Source of the DNA: a virus | Strand: one strand, 5' to 3' | Length of the DNA stretch: 64,000 nucleotides | Virus record (IMG/VR): IMGVR_UViG_3300035156_000041 | Coordinates: 1-64,000 of that record | Part shown: piece by piece, positions 9,290 through 20,235 of the stretch | Position numbering within the stretch: the first letter of the stretch is position 1 | Layout: each line of letters starts with the position of its first letter | Made by a program: the position numbers and the translations under genes | The notes under the pieces: generated by a model | Databases searched by the model: none | What the model saw: only the letters and a program-made list of their open reading frames with translations | What the model was told of the DNA's origin: nothing

Positions 9290-9907
9290 ATGAATGATGA
9301 AACCACAGCAGGTCAGCTGAAGGGCAAGATTCCGCAGGAATCAATTGTGGATGATGCGCAGTTCCGCAATGCACTGTCCGCCTGGTATCGCGCAAAGTCT
9401 GGCGCCAGTAGGCCGCAAAAAGTCGAGCGTGACTTTGCCGCGCTCATCGCAGCCATCGACAATTTCCGCGCCCCGATGGTTGCAGACCCTGCTGGCGTGG
9501 CTGTGCAGCGACTTCGTGAGTTGGCTGCCGGTCGAATTACTGGAGAAATCCCGGTCTTTGAATATTCAATCGCCGCTGATCGGATCGCTGAACTGGAAAG
9601 CGCCCTTGCCGCTACTGTCAAGGGCGTACCGAGCGAGGCGCTGGAAGTCGGACCATTCACGCTTGAGCAGCGCATGCCGCCAAAGGATACGCAGGTGCTG
9701 ATTTACTGGCCTTGTTCGGATGGGACGTTCGGATGCGCCGTCGATGAGTGGTCTGACTTGTATGAGGACCCAATCGGAACGGGCGGCCCTACGATCTGCG
9801 TGGGCGAAGGCTGGATGCGCCATGATGCAGATGTAGTGTACTGGGCACCTATCCCTGTCGTCAGTTTTGCCGCTCCACTGGCCGGCACGACAGGCGGGGG
9901 CGAGTGA
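9290..9907 (+). CDS. Hypothetical protein with a DUF551-like C-terminal region, in a GC-rich segment
   Basis: GAGGA RBS; ..RMPP....VL...V.YWAP.P motif; visibly higher GC than flanks. Confidence 0.6.
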   Translation: MNDETTAGQLKGKIPQESIVDDAQFRNALSAWYRAKSGASRPQKVERDFAALIAAIDNFRAPMVADPAGVAVQRLRELAAGRITGEIPVFEYSIAADRIAELESALAATVKGVPSEALEVGPFTLEQRMPPKDTQVLIYWPCSDGTFGCAVDEWSDLYEDPIGTGGPTICVGEGWMRHDADVVYWAPIPVVSFAAPLAGTTGGGE

Positions 9908-10113
9908 TGCCAACCATAATTGAAGGCAGCGGCAATTTCGATCTGGTTGCTTGGGTAAAAGAAAAAGCTGCCGCTCAGACCATGGCAGATGCCCACTACC
10001 GCAACGCCGTCCTGTTGCGCGATGACGCATACAAGATTGCTTTTTTCGATTCTATAAAGCGCGTAAAGGACATCGAGTACGCAATTGAAAAATACTTGGG
10101 AGTTGCACCATGA
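9904..10113 (+). CDS. Hypothetical protein
   Basis: 69-aa ORF coupled to the upstream gene. Confidence 0.55.
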   Translation: MMPTIIEGSGNFDLVAWVKEKAAAQTMADAHYRNAVLLRDDAYKIAFFDSIKRVKDIEYAIEKYLGVAP

Positions 10114-10297
10114 CCCCCACCGAAAATATTGTCACAGAGCAGTCGCGTGGGGTGTTCTAAAAGTATTTTGAAAATTTATTCAAAATAAGCTTGACGCTAC
10201 AATTTTTAACAGGTATATTGCGTACATGGGCTGCAAACAAGCAGCCTAACAAACAACGCCAATCTCGGCACGATGTAATTCCTAAAGGAGCCTTAAA

Positions 10298-10558
10298 ATG
10301 AACACTACTAAATTCTTCGCAATCATCCTCGCAGCAGCAGCAGCCCTCACCACTGGCTGCGCCTCTTCCCCTTCCAAATTCTCTGCCAATGTGGCTGACA
10401 CACCTGCTACGTCGTTCTGCAAGGCTGAGGCTGTCAAGATTGCACAGAAAGTTGGCATCCGTCAAATGGCTGGCAACCCTCTGTCGGGCCATTCAGACAT
10501 GAATGATGTTCGTGAGGCTGTCTTGGCTGACTGCATGAGCCAAGTAGCCAGCCGCTAA
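10298..10558 (+). CDS. Predicted lipoprotein
   Basis: MNTTKFFAIILAAAAALTTGC lipobox-like signal peptide; own promoter and AAGGAG RBS. Confidence 0.75.
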   Translation: MNTTKFFAIILAAAAALTTGCASSPSKFSANVADTPATSFCKAEAVKIAQKVGIRQMAGNPLSGHSDMNDVREAVLADCMSQVASR

Positions 10559-10567
10559 GGGTGCATC

Positions 10568-13366
10568 GTGATTAGTCAAGACGAGCATTCTAAACTGGCA
10601 ATGCTGATAGCAGAATATGCCAAAGCACGGGTAAAGACAGCTTGTGCTTTGGCTACAAATGATTGGGCTGAGGGTGCTGTGTCACTACGGGAGGATTCTG
10701 AAGTGACTTCTCGACTCATGGATTATATGAATTCTCTGGTGGAACCTAAATGAACATCACCAACAACCCCGGTGAATCCGTCTACACGTTTGCAGGACGT
10801 GCTGTGCGTCAGCTTCGCAGCAATTCCTTTGATAGCTCCTGCACAGTTGTCTTTAACGGATTCGCTGTAACGTGCTACTCTAGCTCATTCGCTGACGATG
10901 TTGCTGAGAAGATTATGATGAAGATGGAATTGGATACGGGGAGGAAATTGTTTTGAGCAAAATCTATGCTATCCGCGACAAAGCTACAAAGCAGCTACAA
11001 TGGTTCTTTGATCGTTGTGTGTGGGAGTCTGTCGAGCATGCTGCCCGTTGCTACTTGCAAGGCACTCGTAAGTGGGTTCACACTGGTAACAAGCCTCGCA
11101 AGGACGGTGGCTGGGAGTGGGATCAGAAGCATTTTGTAGATCAGGATGAGTTTGAGATTGTGGAGATTACGAGTTCTGTAGAGGCGTCCGAGACTGTCTG
11201 TAAAGCCAGTCGTGCTCGTAAACAGAAAGTTATCGAAGAATTTAGCATGGTTAAGGGAGCGTAGATGAAACCTAGTAAACGTAAAGCCTACTTGTACAAG
11301 ATGATGCTGCCTCTGTGCCATTGGCGAGCGCCATTGTATCAGTGTGAGTCTTATGATGGTGGCTTAACTTGGACTACTCCAAGCCGTGTAGGAGCATCGT
11401 GATGAACTACCTAAGTCCTGATTGGAAAGCTGCTGGAAAAGTACATGATTGGCGTAACTACATCAGCGACGAACTAAAGGCTATTTGGGATACGTTCACT
11501 GACGAACAGAAGCGTCTTATTGCCAGTAATGCAGATGATGAAGCTAATAAAGAGTATTGGGACTAAAATGAATGCTGACAGAATTCTCTACGTAGTTGGT
11601 GCAATCTACTTTGTCATCATAGTGGGCACGCTAGCTTACTCAAACTTCTCAGATCGTGGGAAGCTTTGCAAATCTCTCGGAGGGTCGATGTATAGGGAGG
11701 GCTGTGCTAAAACTACGGTGACGTTGATTCCTTTGAAAGAAGCTAAATGAATAATCGAAAATGGCAACCAATTGGCAACCTATCTTACGCTGGCATCAAA
11801 GGTAGGGAAATGTTTGTTGTAAAGAGCCTCCGACCAGAATACAATAGTGATCCTTACTGCGTTTGGCGTGAGAATGATAAATTTGTTCGTTGGCCTCATG
11901 AGTTTGCACCAACACATTTTATGAAGCTGCCTGATAACTCCGATATCGGCGGTCAGATCATAGTTCATGCGTGAAATACCTATATAAGCCCTTGTGAGGC
12001 ACCGCCACGGCCTTAACGCAAGGTGTCTGGTGGGGTAGTAGCCTGATGTTCTTATCACAGACGGCGGGGATATTTACAAGAATAATCTTGCAGGACTTAA
12101 TGATGGTGGATATACATTTGCAGAGATTGCCGATTTGATTGAGGAGCAGATATGAGCCGCTTCGTAGTAACCCATCAAAAGTCTCCCAACGATGAAGTTA
12201 TCGGCACAAGCACATTCTCATTCACTGACAGCGTGCTTGACGTGGGCTGTGCTTATAAGGCTGCTCACTATCTTGCTACAGAGCTTGCTGGCATGGGATG
12301 GTATGTAGCAATCTCTGAAGAATTTTGTGTGGTTGATGGCACTGGAGGAAAACTATGAGTAAACTATACACAGTAGAGATCTCCATGACTGTAGTAGTGC
12401 GCGCAGACGATTATTTAGACGCACACTTTGTCACAGGCAAGCATGTACAAGAAATTGTGCGAGACATCGGAGTAGGTGATATTATTGTGCGCAGAGAGGT
12501 TGAAAACGAAGATCATCTGCCGTATTGCTGGGATGCTGACCTAGTGCCATACGGTTGGAAGCAGGATAAAACTATCGGAGATATTCTTAATGACCGACTA
12601 TAATTTTAAATTTCCACAATATTCCTACATCACAGACGATGGCCCAGCAGGTAAACACTTTATTATGGCTAGGATGCTCGACCTTGACAACTCTTTCGAC
12701 TGCCCGGAAAGCTATGTGCTGTCCAACTCCAAGGGTGAAACGTATATCTATAGCGCCAGTGTGATTGAACGTAACTTTGAATTGTACAATGAAGAGGAAC
12801 ATGGATGAACGGTCATGAATATAAAGAATCATTGCTTGCAAAAGCCCATGCAGAATTCCTTTACTGGACTTTCCGTAATGACACAATCCGTAAGGAATAT
12901 GTAGACTTCATTATTGAAGCCAATGCCCAAGAAGCGACAGAAGATGCTAAGATGACTTTTGATGAGTGGGCAACTTGGTGGTATTGGGGAGACGAAAAAT
13001 GAACATGCTACTACAGCAAGACTTGGAAGAAGTGCAAATCATTCTGGAAAGAGCCTACGACATGGCTTACAGCACGTCTACGAAGCTTTATCATGTTGAC
13101 ACGCTTAGAGCTATTATTTGTGCTCGGATGGCTGTCAAGGATGCGCTTGATAGTATGGGGGTTGTATGAACAAATACATCGTATCCTCCTTCCTAAAGCC
13201 CACACATTCCTTTGCATCTCACTTAATGCAGCTTGTAGACATCACAACAATTGAGGAAGAATTTCCTAATGCCTCTCTGGAGTTTGCTAAGGGCATGTCG
13301 AAGGAAGGATACTATGTAACGCTGACGCAGGAAGTGGCAGTGTTTTGGAAAGGTAAGCAGAAATGA
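10568..13366 (+). CDS. Run of ~11 small hypothetical early ORFs (10568, 10750, 10953, ~11400, 11568, 11747, 12152, 12355, 12590, 12805, 12999, 13166)
   Basis: Head-to-tail ORFs of 55-105 aa with ATGA overlaps. Confidence 0.6.
12042..12155 (+). pseudogene. Orphan 3' remnant of a common phage gene (..LAGLNDGGYTFAEIADLIEEQI*)
   Basis: Recognisable L..LND.G..F.EIAD.IE C-terminal motif preceded in frame by TAG TAG, with no start codon. Confidence 0.45.
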
Positions 13367-13737
13367 ACTCACTAGCAAACTATAACGCATCTCTCACAGA
13401 CGAACAGCGAGCCGATATGCTCGCTAAAGCTGCTATAGCACGCGCTGCTGCGAAAGCTCAACGTGAGGCTAACAAGCTCACTCTCAAGATGACGTACCTC
13501 GATAGCAATCATTGGGCAACGCTTGGATCGCGCTTTGGGGTGAGAATGCCACTTTCTGGAACGGCTTCTAGCCAATCTGTAATTAGAAAATACCTCAAAC
13601 TTTGTGGAGTTAGTCGTGAGGTATTCAATGAACACTATACAAGTGCAGATTACTTCCTAAGTAATAACAAACTCTGGTCGGCTTATGCTACTGCTGGCCT
13701 TATCTTAGAGCTTAAAGAGCAGCTAACAACGGCTTAG
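13363..13737 (+). CDS. Hypothetical protein
   Basis: 124-aa ORF ending the rightward run. Confidence 0.7.
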   Translation: MNSLANYNASLTDEQRADMLAKAAIARAAAKAQREANKLTLKMTYLDSNHWATLGSRFGVRMPLSGTASSQSVIRKYLKLCGVSREVFNEHYTSADYFLSNNKLWSAYATAGLILELKEQLTTA

Positions 13738-14562
13738 TCTTTGATGCGGGAGGCTTGAAATGGCCTGCCGCTTTCTGTCTGTTGTAGATTGGCGAGTGCT
13801 TTTTTATAAGTTCAAATTCTAGCTGTAATGATTCTACTTGTGAAAGCCCATCTTTAAAAATTTCTATGATTAATTTATCTTCTTTTAGGAAAAAGTGCTC
13901 ATTTAAAAGATAATTATGAGATTCCCCGCTGTTTACGTGCTTCCATCTATACCCTTTACCACTGCCTATGTAGAGGGGTTCACCCCCTAAATGCGCTACA
14001 TAGACATAGTAGCCTTTAGGAGAAATTCCGTCAGACTTTAAACGAAAAGGCCACTTTCGTATTTCTCGAATACTGTGCCCGACAATTTTAGTATTCCCAT
14101 CTACATCCTCTAGTAGATATTTAAAATGCTTAAATCTTTTTACTACAGTTAGTAGGTAACCTTTGGCAGACAGAAATGTATCTCCGAGCTTATACCTAAA
14201 ATACCTGTTATCTGGATGAGGGAATGCCCATCTAGCTGACCTATTCTTTAAGGCTGCCTCGGAAGTCCTCCCAGTATTACCCAATGAGTCTATTACAGTT
14301 ATATTATTTTTTGTATGGATTTTGACAATTTCCAGTTCAACTCCACAATTCATCATAAATTTACCACCTGCTACGTATTTTCTAGCTTTTTCATCAAACC
14401 ACGTAAGCGATTCACTGTTTCTAACAAAAGCTCTCCTGTTTCTAATTGAGGTAATACCTTCTTCATCTGCAAGTGTCACTGAATAACTGTCCATATCAAC
14501 TACAATTAGTTTTCTACCATTTAGTGCTATTACAACATCTCCGATTTTAAACTTAGACTTCA
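13712..14562 (-). CDS. GIY-YIG family homing endonuclease (C-terminal nuclease domain)
   Basis: YYVYVA...LYIGSG...R...H...LE..LI....P.YN; AT-rich; opposite strand to its neighbours. Confidence 0.75.
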
Positions 14563-14760
14563 TACTGCCCTCAACTGTTCGACCAGCACTAAAATTCGAT
14601 TGCACAAATCATCTCTACTGGCATCTTGAACAGATATACCCTGCCGAACACCTTTTAAATTTTTCTTGCACCATGCCACAGAACAGTGTAAACTGTCTGC
14701 AATATCTTCATACTTCCAGCCTTGCAAGCGAAGCTGCATAGCCGCTGCTTTATCAATCAT
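14560..14760 (-). CDS. Small helix-turn-helix protein
   Basis: AMQLRLQGWKYEDIADSLHCSVAWCKK HTH; AAGGA RBS; ATGA-type coupling to the endonuclease. Confidence 0.7.
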   Translation of the reverse strand: MIDKAAAMQLRLQGWKYEDIADSLHCSVAWCKKNLKGVRQGISVQDASRDDLCNRILVLVEQLRAV

Positions 14761-14795
14761 GTTCAGTATCCTTAGTGATCTTCTCGATATACTAA

Positions 14796-14824
14796 TTATA
14801 CTATATAGTGTTATTTTTGTCAAG
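14796..14824 (-). promoter_or_regulatory. Consensus sigma70 promoter for the HTH/GIY-YIG pair
   Basis: TTGACA-17-TATAAT on the minus strand. Confidence 0.75.
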
Positions 14825-15521
14825 CTTTATTCAAGGAAATAATTAGAGGCATTACTCTAAAATAGCTTATGCTGTTGCTGGGCTTATCTTGGAGATGAAG
14901 GAGGAAGGATTGGTTTGAAATAGGGAGAGTATCCCGGTGATAAAGACACGATTAGCCACGAACAGATTTGGGACAATAGGAATGTTGTCTTTATTCTGGC
15001 GTGGCTAGTTTTCGTTTTATCGTAGGGAGATTTTGGGGATTCGTTGTATAGCGTTTTTGAGCCGGATTTCAAAAACTTCAGGAAATTTGGCCTTATTTCT
15101 TAGGGCAAGACATCCTCCCAGCCCCTCGCGCCATCAAACATCTGGCCGTAATGTCCCAAAAGCATCGAAGTTGTCAGACTGTCATCGAAAAAGCATTCAG
15201 GCAGGGTTGGATTAGTTGATCTGCCCCGGCAACCAATGAATCTAGTATCGCATACCTTTTCAGGCTTTGCAAGCACTTTCTAAGATAATTTCAATTTTAT
15301 TTTACGTGCCTTCCTGGAGAACGCCGGGGCAATCTATCTTGTAGATGTCGTCCTGTTCGGCTGGCATGAGATGAAATGTATAGCCCGTCCTGGCGAACAC
15401 ATAGGCAATTTCTGAAATACTCTTGTGACGTTCTGAAATTGTTCTTAAATATGGCTTGACAAGCTTTGCCGTGTAGCGGATACTGAATCTATCGAAACGA
15501 CGCACATAGGAGAAACAAGCC

Positions 15522-15719
15522 ATGAAAGCCTTACAAGCTTATTCCCAGGGTTACGAAGCATTCCGCACGTACTGCCTTCGCTACGGTAAGATTGTCCGCG
15601 ACACGAAGCGCGAAGACGACACAGGAAGCCATCGTAAGTATGTAGTAGCAATCGACGGCTGGAATGCACATATCAGCATGCACAATGGCGTTACCATCAG
15701 CGCAGCACTCGCAAATTAA
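15522..15719 (+). CDS. Hypothetical early protein
   Basis: Promoter at 15456, AGGAG RBS. Confidence 0.7.
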   Translation: MKALQAYSQGYEAFRTYCLRYGKIVRDTKREDDTGSHRKYVVAIDGWNAHISMHNGVTISAALAN

Positions 15720-15733
15720 CTTAAGGAGACATC

Positions 15734-16030
15734 ATGGCTAAAATTACTATCCGCGCTAAGGTCCAAGATATGATTTATTACGGCAGCGACATTGTTGCTT
15801 TCCACAATGTCCAAATTCCTAAGCTTGACCGCAAGCATTGCGATATGAACGCTTTCCGCACACATGTTAAGTACGGCGCTTACGCAAACTCCGACCTGTT
15901 TAAAAATATGTTGCTGGCAATCCGCAAGCAAACTTTCGGCTCTGACGGTGTGCTGAAGCTTAACGCACTTCCTGAAGGCGTCACAGTGGATACTTCAGGC
16001 TTTCTCGCTGTAGTTACTTTCGATGTCTAA
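15734..16030 (+). CDS. Hypothetical early protein
   Basis: AAGGAG RBS. Confidence 0.7.
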   Translation: MAKITIRAKVQDMIYYGSDIVAFHNVQIPKLDRKHCDMNAFRTHVKYGAYANSDLFKNMLLAIRKQTFGSDGVLKLNALPEGVTVDTSGFLAVVTFDV

Positions 16031-16387
16031 TCCCTGACCATGTAGCAATCCCACAAGCCCGCTAAGACCTCTTAAAACAGGGCAAGGCGGGCTTCGTTAC
16101 GTCTAGCCTATAGGCACGTAGCCTAAACACTCTAGCGCAGCTTGTAGCGCCTCTACGCAAGCCGTATAAAGCATTCGCCCGCTCTCTACTTAGAGCCGCG
16201 ACTTAGTGGCCGTGCTATGTACAAACTATAGCGCAGGCTTTACAGGAACACAAGAACTATCTGCACAAAATCTTTTTAAATTTATTTGCACAAATAGCTT
16301 GACGTTCTTAAAAGCCCTTGCTATGATTCATACATCGAACAGCAGCACACACAGCCAACCGGCTTAACTCTTAAAGGAATACATATC

Positions 16388-16837
16388 ATGACCACCACCA
16401 ATTTCACCGCTGGCGACGACATCATCGACGTTCGGGAAATCATTGCACGTGTGGAGGAGTTGCGCGAAGAGCGTGACGATGTTAATCAAGAGTTTGAAGA
16501 CGCTAAAGGTTCGCAAAGCGCTGCACTGATCGAAGCCGCAGAAGATGTCTTGGTAACTTACCTGAACTCAGATAATCACAACGAACTTACTACACTGGAA
16601 AGCCTCTTGTCTGATCTGTGCGGTAATGCTGGCGATGAACAATGGGAGGGCGACTGGTATCCTGTTACGCTGATTCATGAGAACTATTTTGAGTCTTATA
16701 TGGATGATATGCTAGAAGACATCGGAGATATCCCGAAAGACTTGCCAAGCTATCTCACTATCACTGTTGACTACGATGCTCTAAAGCAAGACTATCAAGA
16801 GTGCGAGTTTGACGGCCAGACATATTACTACCGTTAA
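16388..16837 (+). CDS. Acidic ArdA-like antirestriction/DNA-mimic candidate
   Basis: Very D/E-rich; C-terminal IP.DLPSY...VDYDAL..D resembles the ArdA C-terminal motif; own strong promoter. Confidence 0.5.
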   Translation: MTTTNFTAGDDIIDVREIIARVEELREERDDVNQEFEDAKGSQSAALIEAAEDVLVTYLNSDNHNELTTLESLLSDLCGNAGDEQWEGDWYPVTLIHENYFESYMDDMLEDIGDIPKDLPSYLTITVDYDALKQDYQECEFDGQTYYYR

Positions 16838-16922
16838 AATAGTTCTTAAAATCGCTTGACAAGGTTCTAGGCAACTGAGATACTAGAACCACTTAAACGA
16901 AACACCTAACAGGAGAAACACC

Positions 16923-17174
16923 ATGCAAGCCATCCTCACCAAATACATCGGCGCAACCAACACCAAAGGTAGCCGCATTAAAGCAACCTGCGACGCTGGC
17001 AGTGTAACGATTAGCTATCCACATGAACTGAGCGGCGATGCTGTATATCGTGCCGCTGCTGATGCTCTGTGCAAGAAACTCGGCTGGGCACATGGTGAAC
17101 TGGCATGTGGTGGCTTGCCTAACAACGGTGGCTATGTGTTCGTCTTTGTTAATGATGTCACGCTGGGGAAATAA
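16923..17174 (+). CDS. Conserved phage hypothetical protein
   Basis: I.TKY.G.TNTKGSRIKA...A...L..KLGW pattern; own promoter and RBS. Confidence 0.75.
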   Translation: MQAILTKYIGATNTKGSRIKATCDAGSVTISYPHELSGDAVYRAAADALCKKLGWAHGELACGGLPNNGGYVFVFVNDVTLGK

Positions 17175-17175
17175 C

Positions 17176-17415
17176 ATGAGCACAATCATCAATGGCTACA
17201 AGCTGTCTAGCTCTAACGCTAGCCGTACGCAAGCATCAACCGTATACGTACGCCAGGGCAAGCTTACAATCGTTGCCATGCGCTCGGAGGCATGCTCTAA
17301 CGTGCTGTCACATGTGCGGCGCTATCCTAAAAGTGACGAGTATAAAGAATTTGTGCAGCAATGTACGGATGGTGGGCTTAGTGTTGCAGAGATTAGGGCG
17401 TTGCTGGCGGGCTAA
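17176..17415 (+). CDS. Hypothetical protein
   Basis: ATG 17176 directly after the upstream stop. Confidence 0.6.
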   Translation: MSTIINGYKLSSSNASRTQASTVYVRQGKLTIVAMRSEACSNVLSHVRRYPKSDEYKEFVQQCTDGGLSVAEIRALLAG

Positions 17416-17629
17416 CATGGACATTGATAAATATAATCGAAAGCATCGCCGCGATAGGGTGGTTTTCTGGTGCATAGTAATTGCTTGGTGTGTCGCAGTG
17501 GTCGTACTAAATAAGTAGTCACTTTGTGCCTCTTTCGCTCTGCTCAAGTAAAAATAATTGTTGACAGCTTAGTTTTAAGATGCGATACTAGTCTCACTGA
17601 AACGAACAACCAACACACGGAGAAATATC

Positions 17630-17863
17630 ATGAGCAAAGAATTCAACGGCCATAAAAACTGGAACCACTGGAATGTTTCACTGTGGATTAACAATGATGA
17701 AGGGCTGTATCGTATGGCTCACGACTACATGTCAGGCGAGCGCAGCATGGACGAGGCAGCTTACTGGATGATGGACACTCTTAAGAGTAATGGCATCACA
17801 CATACGCCAGACGGCGCACCATACAGCGTTACAACGATTCGTGCAGCAATGAAAGGAATGTAA
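17630..17863 (+). CDS. Conserved phage protein (NG..N..WNV.LWI.NDEGLY family)
   Basis: Recognisable motif; own promoter; GGAG RBS. Confidence 0.75.
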   Translation: MSKEFNGHKNWNHWNVSLWINNDEGLYRMAHDYMSGERSMDEAAYWMMDTLKSNGITHTPDGAPYSVTTIRAAMKGM

Positions 17864-18060
17864 CATGTTCTCCGTCTCCTACGCCCTCTGCCCCATCCTA
17901 CAAATCTCCCGCTATATGCTCCTGAAAGACGGCACAAGAATTGACAGCTTCGATGACAGGGAGACAGCGGAGATGTTTGCAAGGATTTATAATAAAAGCT
18001 TGTAAGATGTTTAGGAGTACGTTATAGTTAGCACATACATTAACTAATAGGAGAAATAAA

Positions 18061-20201
18061 ATGTCCCGTAATGAATCTGAAGGTATCTATGTTGGTTACT
18101 CTAAAAAATACAATAAGCATGTTCGTGTGCGGCGTATCTTTGTAGAGCCTATGATTACTAAAGTTGAAACAGGCTGGGCTGACCTAATTATGTTTGCTCG
18201 TATCAATACACCTGAGCACCTTAAACCGTTACCACCGAGTAACTATAAATTTTAATAGCCATGTACGCACAAGCCCTTCACACAGCAGCCTTCACATTGT
18301 CTCTCTTCATATGCTCTAGGCCATTGCCAGATGGACGGCCTACAATGGCTGGGGAGGCTTTGGCGTGGGGATGGGCAGCTTTTAAACAACAATTGAATTA
18401 GGGGAATGTTATGACAGAGTACCTTGTAATCTATTGCAAACGTGATGGTACTACGCCATTGGGCCAATGTCCCAAAGTTATGTTAGAAATAGATGACCAA
18501 ACACCCGGCAGAATGAATTCGTATCAGCGCGTACTGTGTGAGTTCTACAAACAGTTTCCTGACTGCGACGTAGTAAGCTGGGGAACTAAAGAACAGATAG
18601 CACGCCTGCAAGCCTCGGAATAGCCCCTACAAGGCGTTTGTTTCAAGCCCCTAAGGGAACCCATGCCTGACAGCCCTAGCGCCTCTCCTACAGCCTCTAT
18701 TCAAGGGAGAATTTATTTGTGAGAGGGGCTTGACAGGGTGTGCGGGCCTATGGAATAATGACTTATCAAAACTAATAATAAAGAGGAAAACAGCATGAGC
18801 TTTGACCTTCCCCAAATTGTAGAAACTAAGAAAAATGCTGTTGTCTGCCACACTAAGGGTAAGTGGAAGAACAGCATCTCTCAAACGGCATTGCCTGATA
18901 GAATCAGTAGTATATTAGAAGCTCAGGAATACATTGACAAGGTCTACGGAGCTATGTTGGTTGTTAAGTTCTACTAAAAGGTTCTTGCACAATCCATTCA
19001 GTATGTTATACTAGCTTCACATTAACAAACAACACAGGAGCCTCCCATGCTAATCCTTAATGCTAGCAACATTACATTCCCTGCAAAGGCTGCTAATTTG
19101 GCACAATATGTTGTAGTAGACCGTAAAGATGGCTTGCAAGCTACCCGCACAGTGTATGCTACCAAGAAAGCAGCAACTAAGGCCGCTGATCGTCTGGACA
19201 ATGCTTACGGAGCGTATAGGTATAGTGTGAAGGCTGTGTAAATAAAGCTTGCACAGGGCTGTAGATGTGTTATTATGAAGGCTCTGAACAAAACAACTAA
19301 AGGAAATTATCATGAATCGTACAGTCAGCAACAAGCATATCCCTACCAAGCAAGCTATCGCCAATGGTGGTAACCAATCGATCTACCGCTTTCCCAACGG
19401 GTATGGTGCATCAGTAGTTGCGCATAAATTCTCCTATGGCTTGGAATTAGCTGTAGCTAAGTTTAACGGCAACGGTGTAAACGATTGGGACATCTGCTAT
19501 AGCACTCCTATCACCAATGATGTTTTAGGCCATCTGTCGGATGCTGAGATGGAAGAACATCTAGATGCTATTGCAGCTTTGCCATCGCGTTATTTTAGTT
19601 CCTGCAAATAAACCTTGACAGCCCAGCACACAAGCGTCATGATCTAATCTCCTAACAACAACTCCACACAGCCAACAATGAACATTCATTCTGTAAAATG
19701 TATTCGACAGCCAGCTTTCCGTGATATGATTGTGGGAGAAGTGTATAATTACACGGTGGGAGAGCTTGCAGTGGAATATTGGCTGGCTGGGGAGGGCTTT
19801 CCTGTTAAGGCTCATATGCCGATTTATGCATGGGCAAGTGCTGTGCATGTGGGGGAATTGATTCCGTTGAGTGACTTACCAGAAGATGAGGAAGAATGAT
19901 TATGTACACACGATTTATGGATATGGCTAGTGGTGGTAGTACTAAAGTTGCTGGCAAAGAGTACATTTACATTGAACTGCCTGAAGACGAAGCTATACAG
20001 GTGTTTGAGCAAATGTTTAATCATAATCCCTACAATGTCACTTGTGATTGCTGCGGAGGAGATTACAGCATCCGCGATTATGACACAATTGAAGATGCTA
20101 CAAATTATGATCGTCGGTCTAGTACTCAGTCTGTAGAGGACTACTGCAAGCGTGATGATGTGTTGGTTATTCGTAAGAGCGACATTGTGGAAGACTGCTA
20201 G
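18061..20201 (+). CDS. Small early ORFs, mostly each with its own promoter (18061, 18411, 18795, 19047, 19312, 19678, 19896)
   Basis: 60-101-aa ORFs with RBSs; 19312 shows the RFPNGYGASVV...ELAV...Y.TPIT.DVLG.L phage family motif. Confidence 0.65.
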
Positions 20202-20235
20202 CGCCCTAACAAGCCTATAAATCTTTGCACACAAG

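Noticed and set aside
12036-12041. TAG TAG upstream of a conserved C-terminal motif as evidence of stop-codon reassignment
   Set aside because: TAG terminates normal genes elsewhere and all large genes are intact in the standard code; a gene remnant is simpler
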